Assembly: GCA_963774475.1 (NCBI GenBank)
Contig: CAVZFF010000006.1
Location: 667,971-731,970 of the forward strand
Direction: 5' to 3'
Length of the DNA: 64,000 bases
Origin: an uncultured Gammaproteobacteria bacterium
Lineage (GTDB): Bacteria > Pseudomonadota > Gammaproteobacteria > Steroidobacterales > Steroidobacteraceae
Positions 11,459 to 24,144 of this stretch are shown here, one piece after another; position 1 is the stretch's first letter; the number at the start of each line of letters is the position of its first letter. The notes beneath the pieces are model-generated. The model was not told the origin of the DNA. It was given only the letters and a program-made list of their open reading frames with translations, and ran no database searches. The translations under genes were made by a program, and so were the position numbers.

Positions 11459-11494
11459 CAACTACACATTACCGACAATAAAGGGAAAGCCTAC

Positions 11495-13582
11495 GTGAGC
11501 GCTACCAAGAAAAGTTTTCAATATGGGGATCACACGGTCACCATCGAGACGGGCGAATTGGCACGTCAAGCCGACGGTGCGGTACTCGTCACCATGAACG
11601 AAACGGTCGTCCTCGTGACGGCCGTGGCACACAAGAAAGCCGTGCCGGGGCGGGATTTTTTTCCGCTGACCGTCAATTATCAGGAAAAGACCTACGCGGC
11701 GGGCCGTATTCCGGGTGGCTTCTTCAAGCGCGAGGGACGCCCGACGGAAAAGGAGACATTGACCTCGCGGCTCATTGATCGGCCGATCCGGCCGCTGTTT
11801 CCGGAAGGCTTCATCAACGAAGTCCAGGTCGTGGCATCGGTTCTCTCGGTCAATGCGGAAGTGGATCCCGATATCGCTTCGTTGCTGGGCGCATCCGCCG
11901 CGCTGGCGATATCCGGATTGCCGTTCCTCGGTCCCATCGGAGCCGCGCGCGTCGGCTACATCGGCGGCCAGTACGTCCTCAATCCCACGGCGACGCAGCT
12001 CGTCGAATCGCAGTTGGACCTCGTCGTCGCCGGCACCCACGAAGGCGTGCTGATGGTCGAGTCGGAAGCGGACGGCCTCAACGAAGAGATCATGCTCGGC
12101 GCGGTCGTCTTTGGCCACGAACAGATGCAGATCGCGATCAAGGCGATCAACGAACTCGCGGCCGAAGCGGGCAAACCGAAATGGTCGTGGGTGGCCCCGG
12201 ACGCGAACGTCGCGCTGAAAGCGGCGGTGGCGGCGCTCGCCGAGAAGAGTCTCGCGGAGGCTTACGCGCTGACGGAAAAGCAGCAGCGGCACACGCGGAT
12301 CGGCGAGATCAAGAATGCGGTGCTCGAGGCCTTGACGAGCGGCGATGCGCTGAAATTCACGCCGGAACAGGTTGCGACCGAATTCTTCAATCTCGAATAC
12401 CGGCTGGTGCGCGAGCGCATTCTCGACGGCCATCCGCGTATCGATGGGCGCGACACCAAGACGGTTCGCGCAATCAACATTCGCACCGGCGTGTTGGCGC
12501 GCACGCATGGATCCGCGTTGTTCACGCGCGGCGAAACTCAAGCCTTGGTCGTGACGACCTTGGGCACGGGGCGCGATGCGCAGATCATCGATGGCCTGAC
12601 CGGCGAGCGCAAAGAGCCGTTCATGCTGCACTACAACTTTCCGCCGTTCAGCGTCGGCGAGACCGGAATGATGGGTTCGCCGAAGCGCCGCGAAATCGGC
12701 CACGGCAATTTGGCGAAGCGCGGCGTCAAGGCCGTGATGCCCAGCCTGGAAAAATTTCCGTACGTGATCCGCGTGGTTTCCGAGATCCTCGAGTCGAACG
12801 GTTCGAGCTCGATGGCGTCGGTGTGCGGCACCAGCCTCGCGCTCATGGACGCGGGCGTGCCGATCACTGCGCCGGTCGCCGGCGTCGCGATGGGTCTCGT
12901 CAAAGAAGGTGCGCGCTTCAAAGTGCTGACCGATATCCTCGGCGACGAGGATCATCTCGGCGACATGGATTTCAAGGTGGCCGGCACGAAGCACGGCATC
13001 ACTGCGCTGCAGATGGACATCAAGATCACGAGCATCACGCGCGAAATCATGCACGTCGCGCTCGAGCAGGCGAAGCACGGCCGGCTGCATATTCTTCATG
13101 AGATGAATAAGGTGCTGTCGACGCCGCGCGCCGTGATGTCGGAATGGGCGCCGACGATCATCACCTTGAAGATCGACCCGGAGAAGATACGCGACGTCAT
13201 CGGCAAGGGCGGAGCGGTGATCCGCCAGATCACCGAAGAGACCGGAACTTCGATCGATATCGAAAACGACGGCACGGTAAAAATCGCCTCGGTACAGGGC
13301 GCGGCCGGCCGTGAAGCGCAACGCCGCATTGAATTGATCACGGCCGACGTCGAAGTCGGCCGGATCTACGAGGGCAAAGTCGCCCGCTTGATGGACTTTG
13401 GTGCGTTCGTGACGATACTGCCGGGCCGCGACGGTCTTGTGCACATCTCACAGATATCCGAAGAGCGCGTCGAGCGCGTCGGCGACAAGCTCAAGGAAGG
13501 CGATGTCGTGCGCGTCAAAGTGCTCGAAGTCGACCGCCAAGGGCGCGTGCGCTTGTCGATGCGCAATGTCGACGCCGCTTAG
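11495..13582 (+). CDS. pnp: Polyribonucleotide nucleotidyltransferase (PNPase)
   Basis: Two RNase PH domains, KH ([10 protein letters not shown]) and S1 ([13 protein letters not shown]). The likely start is GTG 11495 after AAGGGA, giving [15 protein letters not shown]. The track ORF start at 11444 is possible. Confidence 0.96.
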   Translation: MSATKKSFQYGDHTVTIETGELARQADGAVLVTMNETVVLVTAVAHKKAVPGRDFFPLTVNYQEKTYAAGRIPGGFFKREGRPTEKETLTSRLIDRPIRPLFPEGFINEVQVVASVLSVNAEVDPDIASLLGASAALAISGLPFLGPIGAARVGYIGGQYVLNPTATQLVESQLDLVVAGTHEGVLMVESEADGLNEEIMLGAVVFGHEQMQIAIKAINELAAEAGKPKWSWVAPDANVALKAAVAALAEKSLAEAYALTEKQQRHTRIGEIKNAVLEALTSGDALKFTPEQVATEFFNLEYRLVRERILDGHPRIDGRDTKTVRAINIRTGVLARTHGSALFTRGETQALVVTTLGTGRDAQIIDGLTGERKEPFMLHYNFPPFSVGETGMMGSPKRREIGHGNLAKRGVKAVMPSLEKFPYVIRVVSEILESNGSSSMASVCGTSLALMDAGVPITAPVAGVAMGLVKEGARFKVLTDILGDEDHLGDMDFKVAGTKHGITALQMDIKITSITREIMHVALEQAKHGRLHILHEMNKVLSTPRAVMSEWAPTIITLKIDPEKIRDVIGKGGAVIRQITEETGTSIDIENDGTVKIASVQGAAGREAQRRIELITADVEVGRIYEGKVARLMDFGAFVTILPGRDGLVHISQISEERVERVGDKLKEGDVVRVKVLEVDRQGRVRLSMRNVDAA

Positions 13583-13643
13583 GCGCATCAGCGCCGAAAG
13601 CGCGTTTTGGTCCCGGCCGCTCGCCAGCTCGGGGCATTGAAAG

Positions 13644-13664
13644 GACCGGGCCTCGCGCCCGGTC
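13644..13664. terminator. Stem-loop between convergent pnp and phaR
   Basis: GACCGGGC-CTCGC-GCCCGGTC, 8-bp GC-rich stem. T-run follows after 5 nt. Confidence 0.45.
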
Positions 13665-13666
13665 GC

Positions 13667-14083
13667 TCATTTTTGATCGGCGTGTTCCTCGCGGTGCGGT
13701 GCCGAGGCGGCGCGTGCCTGCCCCGCATCCGCAGTTCCGGTTGCCTTGGCACGCTCGCGAATCGGCGGCTGCTGATTCAGGAAATGCTTCAGATTCTGCT
13801 CCAAGTGCGCGCTAACGACGGCCTGCAGGGTGCTGCCGTAACAGCGGATGACCTGAATCATGAATTCCTGTGTCAATATCGGGTCGGCTTGATGTTCCTG
13901 TTCCGAAATGACTTGCAGCAATATGCTGCGCGTGATCTCGGCGTTGGTTTTCTTGTCGACGACGACGAAGTCTATTTTCTCGACAACCAACCGCTGAATC
14001 TCAGCCAAGGTGATATAGCGGCTTTCGACGGTGTCGTATAGACGCCGATTCGGGTATTTCTTGATCACTCGCGGTTCGCTCAT
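13667..14083 (-). CDS. phaR: Polyhydroxyalkanoate synthesis repressor PhaR
   Basis: Internal ATG (14083) of track ORF 13667..14299. Hallmark N-terminus IKKYPNRRLYDTVESRYITL. Confidence 0.85.
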   Translation of the reverse strand: MSEPRVIKKYPNRRLYDTVESRYITLAEIQRLVVEKIDFVVVDKKTNAEITRSILLQVISEQEHQADPILTQEFMIQVIRCYGSTLQAVVSAHLEQNLKHFLNQQPPIRERAKATGTADAGQARAASAPHREEHADQK

Positions 14084-14229
14084 GGGGCTCCTCGCTCGTG
14101 TTGGTTTGCGCGGTGCCGGGGGATACCGGGTCGTGCCTGACCAGCTTAATAAACTGATTGAACTCCAGTAACAAAGAATAGCGCAATGCAGCGACAAGGC
14201 AAGTCGGCGTTTTCCGACGCAGCGAGGGG

Positions 14230-15129
14230 TCAATCGGGCAATTGCGCATCCAAGCTCAGCGCCAGACAAAGGCTCTTGGGCACACGCCGCAGTTCCCAAT
14301 GGGCGATACCCCAGCGCCAGGCGGCGTCGATGCGCATCCGTGCGAGATCCTCCGGCGGCGCGAGCCCCAGCAGGTCGAATACCAGCCGCAGTTGCGCCGG
14401 TGGGGTATTTCGGTCGAGCCGCACGCTGCGCTTCGATTTGGCGAGTTTGGCGCCCTCCGGTTCGGTGATCAGGGGTACGTGCGCATAGGTCGGCGTAGGC
14501 AGGCCTAGAGCCTGCTGCAGATAGATTTGGCGCGGCGTGTTGTCGAGCAGATCCGCGCCGCGCAGCACATGCGTAACCCCCGAATCGGCGTCATCGACGA
14601 CGACCGCGAGCACATACGCGTAAATGCGGTCGCGCCGCTTGAGCAGAATGTCGCCGCAGGCTGCGGCGACGTCTTGGCGAAAGTGTCCCTGAATACGATC
14701 GATGAAGTGGATTTGCCGCGGTTCCACGCGCAGGCGGCTGCCCGTCGCAACGCCCGCCAGTCTCGGCCCCTCGCGGCAGGTGCCTGGATAGCGCTCTTCC
14801 TCGGCGAGATCCTGGCGACTGCAACTGCATTGGAACAACAGCCCGTGCTCTTGCAACCGCTCGAGTGCCGCGGCGTATGCGTCTTGACGCGCGCTTTGGC
14901 GGATGACGGCGCCGTCCCATTCGAATCCGAAGGCCTCGAGCGTCGCGAGGATGGCGTCAGTGGAGCCCGGGATCTCGCGCGGCCGATCAAGGTCCTCGAC
15001 GCGCAGCAGCCAGCGGCCGCCGTGGGCGCGTGCATCGAGGTAGCTGGCGACCGCCGTGTAGAGCGAGCCTAGATGCAGATCGCCGGTCGGCGAGGGCGCG
15101 AAGCGGCCGACATATCCGGCATTCGCGGC
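14230..15129 (-). CDS. gluQ: Glutamyl-Q tRNA(Asp) synthetase (GluQRS/YadB); conserved extent only, start codon unresolved
   Basis: GRFAPSPTGDLHLGS (HIGH-type), truncated GluRS catalytic-domain layout, Cys/Tyr cluster CSCSR..YPGTC. Lies directly downstream of dksA as in E. coli. See the finding on the missing start codon. Confidence 0.8.
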   Translation of the reverse strand, partial: AANAGYVGRFAPSPTGDLHLGSLYTAVASYLDARAHGGRWLLRVEDLDRPREIPGSTDAILATLEAFGFEWDGAVIRQSARQDAYAAALERLQEHGLLFQCSCSRQDLAEEERYPGTCREGPRLAGVATGSRLRVEPRQIHFIDRIQGHFRQDVAAACGDILLKRRDRIYAYVLAVVVDDADSGVTHVLRGADLLDNTPRQIYLQQALGLPTPTYAHVPLITEPEGAKLAKSKRSVRLDRNTPPAQLRLVFDLLGLAPPEDLARMRIDAAWRWGIAHWELRRVPKSLCLALSLDAQLPD

Positions 15130-15166
15130 GCGCGCCCCCCCGACGCCCGCGTTCGCGCCGCTCGTC

Positions 15167-16003
15167 TCAGCGGTACCGGTCGTCGCGGTCGCCGTACTGC
15201 TTTTCGCGGCGTTCGCGCCGCTCTTGAGCTTCCACCGAAAGCGTCGCGACGGGCCTGGCTTCGAGACGCTTGATGCCGATTTCCTCGCCGGTTTCCAGGC
15301 AATAGCCATAGGAGCCGTCTTCAATGCGCTTCAAGGCCTCATCGATCTTGCGAATCAGCTTGCGCTCGCGATCGCGCGTGCGCAATTCGAGGCTGAATTC
15401 CTCTTCCTGGGTCGCCCGGTCGTTCGGATCGGGAAAATTCGCCGCCTCGTCCTTCATATGCAGCACGGTACGGTCGACCTCGACCATCAAATCGCGCTTC
15501 CAGCTCTGCAGGATGCGAGCGAAATGCTCGAGCTGCTCCTTGTTCATGTACTGTTCGCCGCGGCGCGAAATGTACGGTTTTACGTTGCGAGGCCCGGCAA
15601 GCAAGCTGGCCGAGGCCGGCGACTCGAAATCGCCCTCGTCGTCGCTGCCGGTTGCGACGCGCGGCATGACGAGCGGACGGATATCGAACTTGATCGGGGC
15701 CGGTCTTACGGCGGGTTTGGCCACCGGCGGCAGCTTGGCCGGGGCGGGCTTGAGGATCGGCGCTTTGATGGGGGGCGCCTTGACGACTGTCGGCTTCGGC
15801 GCCGCGGGAGCGGCGGGTTTCGCAACCGCCGCCTTTGGAACTGACTTGGTGGATTTCACTGCTACCTTGGGTAAAACGGGCTTCGGATTGGGTTTCGTCG
15901 TCGGTCGCGCGGCCTTTTTCAGCGCAGCCGGTTTCGGAGCGGCTTTCTTTGGTGTCGCCTTGCCTGGCTTCTTGGCCGACTTATTCGGTTTCTTCGAGGG
16001 CAT
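15167..16003 (-). CDS. dksA: RNA polymerase-binding transcription factor DksA with a long K/P/A-rich N-terminal extension
   Basis: ATG 16003 preceded by GGAGG. The C-terminal ~140 aa align with E. coli DksA (YMNKEQLEHF, FPDPNDRATQEEEFSLELRTRDRERKLI, YGYC..IGIKRLEARP). Confidence 0.9.
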   Translation of the reverse strand: MPSKKPNKSAKKPGKATPKKAAPKPAALKKAARPTTKPNPKPVLPKVAVKSTKSVPKAAVAKPAAPAAPKPTVVKAPPIKAPILKPAPAKLPPVAKPAVRPAPIKFDIRPLVMPRVATGSDDEGDFESPASASLLAGPRNVKPYISRRGEQYMNKEQLEHFARILQSWKRDLMVEVDRTVLHMKDEAANFPDPNDRATQEEEFSLELRTRDRERKLIRKIDEALKRIEDGSYGYCLETGEEIGIKRLEARPVATLSVEAQERRERREKQYGDRDDRYR

Positions 16004-16142
16004 TTGAGTCTTAAGCCTCCTAACGAAAGAGCGCGCGATTATACCCACGCGCAATGCCCTGTACAGGGCGGCGCCCTAAATTATTGCGTAGCTTAAGTAT
16101 CTGATTGAAAACAAGAACACGATCGCGAGCCGGAATTGGGGC

Positions 16143-16532
16143 TCAGGCGAGGCTAATCCCCGGCGGCGGGGCCCATCCCGATTGGCGATGTTCGACGACT
16201 ACGGAGGTGTAAATACCGCCGCGGACGTTGAATTCTCCGCTGAGGCGCATGAATCGGGGTGCCGTCGCCTGCACGAGATCCTGCAAAATGAGATTGGTCA
16301 CGGCTTCGTGGAAGGCGCCGCGATCCCGGTAGGACCAGATATAGAGCTTCAAGGCCTTTAATTCGACACAGCGCTGATCGGGCACGTATTCGAGCTTGAG
16401 CGTCGCGAAATCCGGCTGTCCGGTCTTTGGGCACAGGCACGTGAACTCGGGAATCGTCATGCGAATCGTGTAGTCCCGTTCCGGCGCCGGATTCGGGAAG
16501 GTTTCGAGCTTGGTGCTGGGTTGAGCCATCAC
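16143..16532 (-). CDS. queF: NADPH-dependent 7-cyano-7-deazaguanine (preQ0) reductase, unimodular type
   Basis: [15 protein letters not shown] catalytic Cys motif and E(S/L)K(S/A)LK-like VELKALKLY. About 129 aa. Confidence 0.9.
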   Translation of the reverse strand: MMAQPSTKLETFPNPAPERDYTIRMTIPEFTCLCPKTGQPDFATLKLEYVPDQRCVELKALKLYIWSYRDRGAFHEAVTNLILQDLVQATAPRFMRLSGEFNVRGGIYTSVVVEHRQSGWAPPPGISLA

Positions 16533-16612
16533 TTTACTTTACACTACGCGCCTCATCGACGGCCACGCGCTAGTGCCTGCAGGGGCCGTCCTTCCGAAGG
16601 TTCAAGAGATCA

Positions 16613-19600
16613 ATGCGCTTAACAAAACTCAAGATTGCCGGATTCAAGTCCTTCGTCGATCCAACCACGGTCACCTTCCCCAGCAGCCTCACCGGTGTCG
16701 TGGGTCCCAACGGTTGCGGAAAATCCAACATCATCGACGCCGTCCGCTGGGTCATGGGCGAAATCTCCGCAAAGCACCTGCGCGGCGAGTCGATGGCGGA
16801 CGTCATTTTCAATGGTTCGGCGGCGCGCAAACCCCTGGGCGCGGCCTCGGTCGAATTGGTCTTCGACAACAGCGACGCCAAGATCGGCGGCGCTTATGCA
16901 AACTACAACGAGGTCGCACTGCGGCGCAGCGTGAGCCGCGACGGCACCTCGGACTATTTCATCAACGGTACCAAGGTGCGCCGCAAGGACATCACGCAGT
17001 TGTTCCTCGGCACCGGCCTGGGCTCGCGCAGCTACGCGATCATCGAGCAGGGCATGATATCGCGCGTCATCGAGGCGCGACCCGACGATTTGCGCGCCTT
17101 CTTGGAGGAGGCCGCGGGCATCTCGCGCTACAAGGAGCGGCGCCGCGAAACGGAGAGCCGAATCGGCACGACGCGCGAGAATTTGGATCGTTTGAACGAC
17201 TTGCGGGACGAAGTCGAAAAGCAAATTCGCCACCTGCAGCGCCAAGCGGCCACGGCCAGGCGCTATCAGGTTCTCAAGGAGGATGAGCGCAAGCTCCACG
17301 CGGAATTATTGGCGCTGCGCTTGCAGAATCTGGGGCACGAGGCCGCAACCAGGGACGAGGCTAGCCGCCAATGCGACATCGCGATGCATGCGGCCATCGC
17401 GGATTTGCGCGAAGCGGAGGCCGAGATCGAGCGCATTCGCGCCGACCAATCCGCCCAAATTGACACCCTGAGCGCGATCCAGGCGCGCAATTACGAGGCC
17501 GGCGCCGAGGTCACGCGCATCGAGCAGAGCATTCAATACACGCGCGAGCTGCGCCAGCGGCAGCGGGCGGATTTGGATCTCGCGCACACCCAGGCACAGG
17601 AGCTGCGCGAGGTCATTGCGCGCGACCGCGGTCAGATCGATGCGCTGGCGGCGGAGCTGGCGACGATGGTTCCGGGTTTGGACGGCGCGCATGAGGTCGA
17701 GAGCGCTTCGAGGCTGGCGCTCGACAAAGCCGAGCAGGCGCTCGCCGCGTGGCAGCAAGGCTGGGATATCCACGCCAAGGCCGTCGCCTTGGGGCAGGGC
17801 GAGACGCAGGTCGAACGCGCGCGCATCGAGCAATTGGACAATCAGCAACGCCGGCTCCTGCAGCAGCAGGAGCGCCAGCACGCCGAGCATGCGGAGCTCG
17901 CCGGAATTGAGCCCGCGCGCTCCTTGGAGAGCTTGGCGAACGAAGCGACGCTCGCGGCGGATGCCGGTCAGCGCGCGCAGGGCGAATTACAGGAGATTCT
18001 TGCCGAATTATCCGAGACGCGCGAACGCGAGCGGGACCAAAGCAAGGCGCTCGACGAGCTGCGCACGCGCTGGCAGAGCGCACTGAGCTCGCAGGTGTCG
18101 ACGGAAGCCCTGCAGCAGGCGGCGCTGGGCAAGGCGTCGGGCAAGGTCACGCAATGGTTGAAGGCGCAGTCGCTCGACGAGCGGCCGCGCCTCGCGCAAC
18201 AGCTACGTGTCGATCGCGGTTGGGAGCGAGCGGTCGAAACGGTTCTAGGTTCGTATTTGGAGGCCGTGTGCGTCGACGGCCTGGACAGCGTCGCGGAGCT
18301 GCTCGGCAGCTTCGACGGTGGCCAGCTGGCGATCGTCAGCAGCGGCGAGTTCGCCGCCGTCAGCGCCGCTGCGACTTCGCTGCAGGCCAAGGTCCAGGGC
18401 GCGACCGTTTTGGGCTCGCTGCTGTCGTCGGTGTATGCGGCGGAGACCTTGGGCGAAGCGCTGGGCCGCCGACACAGCTTGCGCGCCGGCGAATCGGTGG
18501 TCACGCGCGACGGCATTTGGATGGGACCTGATTGGCTGCGCCTGTCGCGCGACCGCGATCCGCATTCGGGCGTCATCGAACGCGAGGAACAATTGCGGGA
18601 AATTCGCTCGCAGGCCGGCCGGCTTGCGCAGGAGGTCCAGGAGTTCGAACATCAGCTGAATTTGACGCGCGAACGGGTCCGCGAGCGCGAGGATCAGCGC
18701 GAGCGGTATCAAACCGAAGTCAATCGCCTGCACCGCGAGCACGTCGAGCGGCGCGCAGCTTTCGATTCCGCGCTGGCGCGCTCGCAGGAAAATACGCGGC
18801 GATTGAGCCAGCTCGAGACGGCTCTCGCCGACGTCCAGGCCGAGCTGCAACGCACCGACGCGGATCTGCGCAGCGCGCGCGGCCGGATGCAAACAGCCAT
18901 CGATGCGCTGGCGGCCTTGGAGCCGCAGCGCCTGGATCTGGAGCAGCAGCGCGATCGCATGCGCGGCGAGCTCAGTGCGGCGCGGCTCGCGGCCCAATCT
19001 GCGCAGCAGGCCGCGCGCGATCTCGCGCTGCAGGTCGAATCGAGGCGCTCCTCGCTGGCGTCGTTGACGACGACCGTGGCCCGCGTCGAACGCCAGCTCG
19101 AGATTCTGGAATTGCGGTGCGACGATTTGGCGGCCCAATTGGCGGATGGCGATGCACCCCTGACGGGCTTGCAGACGCAACTCGAGCAGGCGCTTGGGCT
19201 GCGTGCGCGGGTCGAAAACGAGTTGCAAGCCGCCCGCATCGCGACCGATGAACTCGATGCTCAGCTGCGCGACCGGGACGGCGCACGCGCGGCCGTGGAG
19301 CAGCGTGTCGAGGCGGCGCGGCACGCGCTCGAGGAGGCGCGTATGGCCGCAGAACAGGTTCGGGTGCGGCGCGAGAATATTGACGAACAATTGGCCGCGA
19401 CGCGGTTCGAGTTTAGCGCGCTCATCGCCGCGCTCAGCCCGGAGGCGACCGTAGCGGTCTGGGAATCGCAGCTCGGCGAGACGGCCGCAAAGATCGAGCG
19501 GCTCGGTCAGGTGAATCTCGCAGCAATCGACGAGTTCAAGGAGCAGTCCGAGCGCAAGGAATATCTGGATCGCCAATTCAAGGATCTGACCGATGCACTG

Positions 19601-20116
19601 GAGACGCTGGAATCGGCCATGCGCAAGATCGATCGCGAGACGCGCAGCCGCTTTCAGGACACGTTCGACCGCGTCAACGCCGGGCTCAAGGAGAAATTTC
19701 CGCGTTTGTTCGGCGGCGGGCACGCGTATCTGGAACTGGAGGGCGAGGACTCGACGTCCGCCGGCGTCTCCGTCATGGCGCGTCCGCCAGGCAAGCGCAA
19801 CAGCACGATCAGCCAGCTCTCCGGCGGCGAGAAGGCCTTGACCGCCGTCGCTCTGGTGTTCGCGATTTTCGATTTGAACCCTGCGCCGTTCTGCCTGCTG
19901 GACGAGGTCGATGCGCCGCTCGACGAAAACAATGTCGGCCGGTTCTGCGATATCGTGCGCGATATGTCGCGCAGCGTGCAATTCATTTTCATTACGCACA
20001 ACAAGAGCACGATGGAAATGGCCTCGCAGTTGATCGGCGTCACGATGAACGAGCCGGGCGTGTCGCGCCTGGTCGCCGTGGACGTCGACGAGGCCGTGCG
20101 CATGGCGGCAATGTAG
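16613..20116 (+). CDS. smc: Chromosome segregation protein SMC
   Basis: Walker A GPNGCGKSNI, long coiled coils, hinge, C-terminal LSGGEKALTAVAL and LDEVDAPLD. Confidence 0.97.
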   Translation: MRLTKLKIAGFKSFVDPTTVTFPSSLTGVVGPNGCGKSNIIDAVRWVMGEISAKHLRGESMADVIFNGSAARKPLGAASVELVFDNSDAKIGGAYANYNEVALRRSVSRDGTSDYFINGTKVRRKDITQLFLGTGLGSRSYAIIEQGMISRVIEARPDDLRAFLEEAAGISRYKERRRETESRIGTTRENLDRLNDLRDEVEKQIRHLQRQAATARRYQVLKEDERKLHAELLALRLQNLGHEAATRDEASRQCDIAMHAAIADLREAEAEIERIRADQSAQIDTLSAIQARNYEAGAEVTRIEQSIQYTRELRQRQRADLDLAHTQAQELREVIARDRGQIDALAAELATMVPGLDGAHEVESASRLALDKAEQALAAWQQGWDIHAKAVALGQGETQVERARIEQLDNQQRRLLQQQERQHAEHAELAGIEPARSLESLANEATLAADAGQRAQGELQEILAELSETRERERDQSKALDELRTRWQSALSSQVSTEALQQAALGKASGKVTQWLKAQSLDERPRLAQQLRVDRGWERAVETVLGSYLEAVCVDGLDSVAELLGSFDGGQLAIVSSGEFAAVSAAATSLQAKVQGATVLGSLLSSVYAAETLGEALGRRHSLRAGESVVTRDGIWMGPDWLRLSRDRDPHSGVIEREEQLREIRSQAGRLAQEVQEFEHQLNLTRERVREREDQRERYQTEVNRLHREHVERRAAFDSALARSQENTRRLSQLETALADVQAELQRTDADLRSARGRMQTAIDALAALEPQRLDLEQQRDRMRGELSAARLAAQSAQQAARDLALQVESRRSSLASLTTTVARVERQLEILELRCDDLAAQLADGDAPLTGLQTQLEQALGLRARVENELQAARIATDELDAQLRDRDGARAAVEQRVEAARHALEEARMAAEQVRVRRENIDEQLAATRFEFSALIAALSPEATVAVWESQLGETAAKIERLGQVNLAAIDEFKEQSERKEYLDRQFKDLTDALETLESAMRKIDRETRSRFQDTFDRVNAGLKEKFPRLFGGGHAYLELEGEDSTSAGVSVMARPPGKRNSTISQLSGGEKALTAVALVFAIFDLNPAPFCLLDEVDAPLDENNVGRFCDIVRDMSRSVQFIFITHNKSTMEMASQLIGVTMNEPGVSRLVAVDVDEAVRMAAM

Positions 20117-20120
20117 GGAG

Positions 20121-23059
<2,939 letters not shown>

Positions 23060-23133
23060 CGGGAAATGCCGGCGGTGCGACGCGCCATCTTGGCGGCACC
23101 CGCGAGGCGGGAAGCTGAGGGGCTGGGGCACGC

Positions 23134-23163
23134 GGCGGGCGGACTCGCGGGAGTCCGCCCGCC
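23134..23163. terminator. 13-bp perfect GC-rich stem-loop between convergent ligA and the PPIase gene
   Basis: GGCGGGCGGACTC-GCGG-GAGTCCGCCCGCC read directly. Confidence 0.6.
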
Positions 23164-23185
23164 ATGGCGGTCATTGCAACTCGAC

Positions 23186-24046
23186 TCAGAGTTTCTTTTC
23201 GATCACTTGGGTCTTCTTGAAGCCGTCGAGGTAGGCCTCCCACTTCTTCTCCAACACGCGACCCTTGACCTGTTCCTTGACTTGCTCGAACGGCGGCGGC
23301 GGTGCATCGCGCGTATCGACGAGCCGGATGATGTGCCAGCCGAACTGAGTCTGCACCGGCTCGGTCGTGGTCTCGCCTTTCTTCAAGCCTTTGAGGGCAT
23401 CGGCGAATGGCTTGACCATTCTCGCGGGCGCGAACCAGCCGAGATCGCCGCCTTTGATTTTGGAGCCCGTATCGATCGAGTTAGCCTTGGCGAGATCGTC
23501 GAATTTGGCGCCGCCCTTGAGCTTCTTGATCAACTGCTCGGCCGTGTCCTTGTCCTTCACCAAAATATGCAAGGCGTGGTACTCGGTCTTGTCCAACCCG
23601 GCGACCGCACTGTCGTATTCCGCATGCAATTCCTCCTCGGTGGGCTGCTTGTCCGCGAGGTATTTTTTCTTCTCCGCCTCATTGAGAATGCTGAGGCGCG
23701 TGACCTGCATCGCAGCGGCGACTTCCGGATCCTTGTCGACGCCGTCCTTCAGGCCCTGGTCCGCGGCCAGCTGCGTGTCGATCAACATGTCGAGGACCTG
23801 GTTTTTTTGGTCCGCACTCAGCGTGTCGGCGGTCTTGCCGTGAGTCAGAGACTTGACGAAGAAATCATAGTCGTCGCGCGAGATCTTGGTGGTGCCAACC
23901 GTCGCGACGGCTGCCGGCGCCGGCTTGTCCTCGACTTTAGCGGCCGTGGCCGTGGTTGGTTGTCCCTTGCCGCAAGCCGTCATTACGAGGGCGGCGGCGG
24001 CCACAGCGGACATACGTGCCCACGGTGTCATGGAAAATTGCGTCAT
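23186..24046 (-). CDS. Parvulin-type peptidyl-prolyl cis-trans isomerase lipoprotein (PpiC/SurA-like)
   Basis: Lipobox LVMTAC. Parvulin core (HILV, GGDLGWF, FGWHII). Confidence 0.85.
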   Translation of the reverse strand: MTQFSMTPWARMSAVAAAALVMTACGKGQPTTATAAKVEDKPAPAAVATVGTTKISRDDYDFFVKSLTHGKTADTLSADQKNQVLDMLIDTQLAADQGLKDGVDKDPEVAAAMQVTRLSILNEAEKKKYLADKQPTEEELHAEYDSAVAGLDKTEYHALHILVKDKDTAEQLIKKLKGGAKFDDLAKANSIDTGSKIKGGDLGWFAPARMVKPFADALKGLKKGETTTEPVQTQFGWHIIRLVDTRDAPPPPFEQVKEQVKGRVLEKKWEAYLDGFKKTQVIEKKL

Positions 24047-24144
24047 TTGTATCCTCTAAACCTATGATGAGGCGGCTGCGGCCGACTTGGCCGATGCCTA
24101 CCGGGGGACGCAGTTTAGCCTGTAACGCGGCAATTATCGACGGT

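Noticed and set aside
11462-13444. 660-aa minus-strand ORF antisense to pnp. Similar cases lie opposite smc (18245-20185), gyrA (34731-36146), rpsA (41135-42229), ligA (20744-21949) and the PPIase gene (23066-24067, plus strand)
   Set aside because: Same reasoning: these are antisense shadows of confidently identified genes, with compositions dominated by R/A/G/D/L.
13667-14299. Full 210-aa track ORF as an extended PhaR
   Set aside because: The PhaR hallmark N-terminus (MSEPRVIKKYPNRRLYDT) starts at the internal ATG 14083. The upstream 72 aa have no PhaR similarity and overlap the gluQ 3' end.
16533-16612. preQ1 riboswitch upstream of queF
   Set aside because: The 80-nt divergent queF/smc intergenic region shows no preQ1-type compact hairpin with an A-rich tail. 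It is too short and is shared with the smc promoter.
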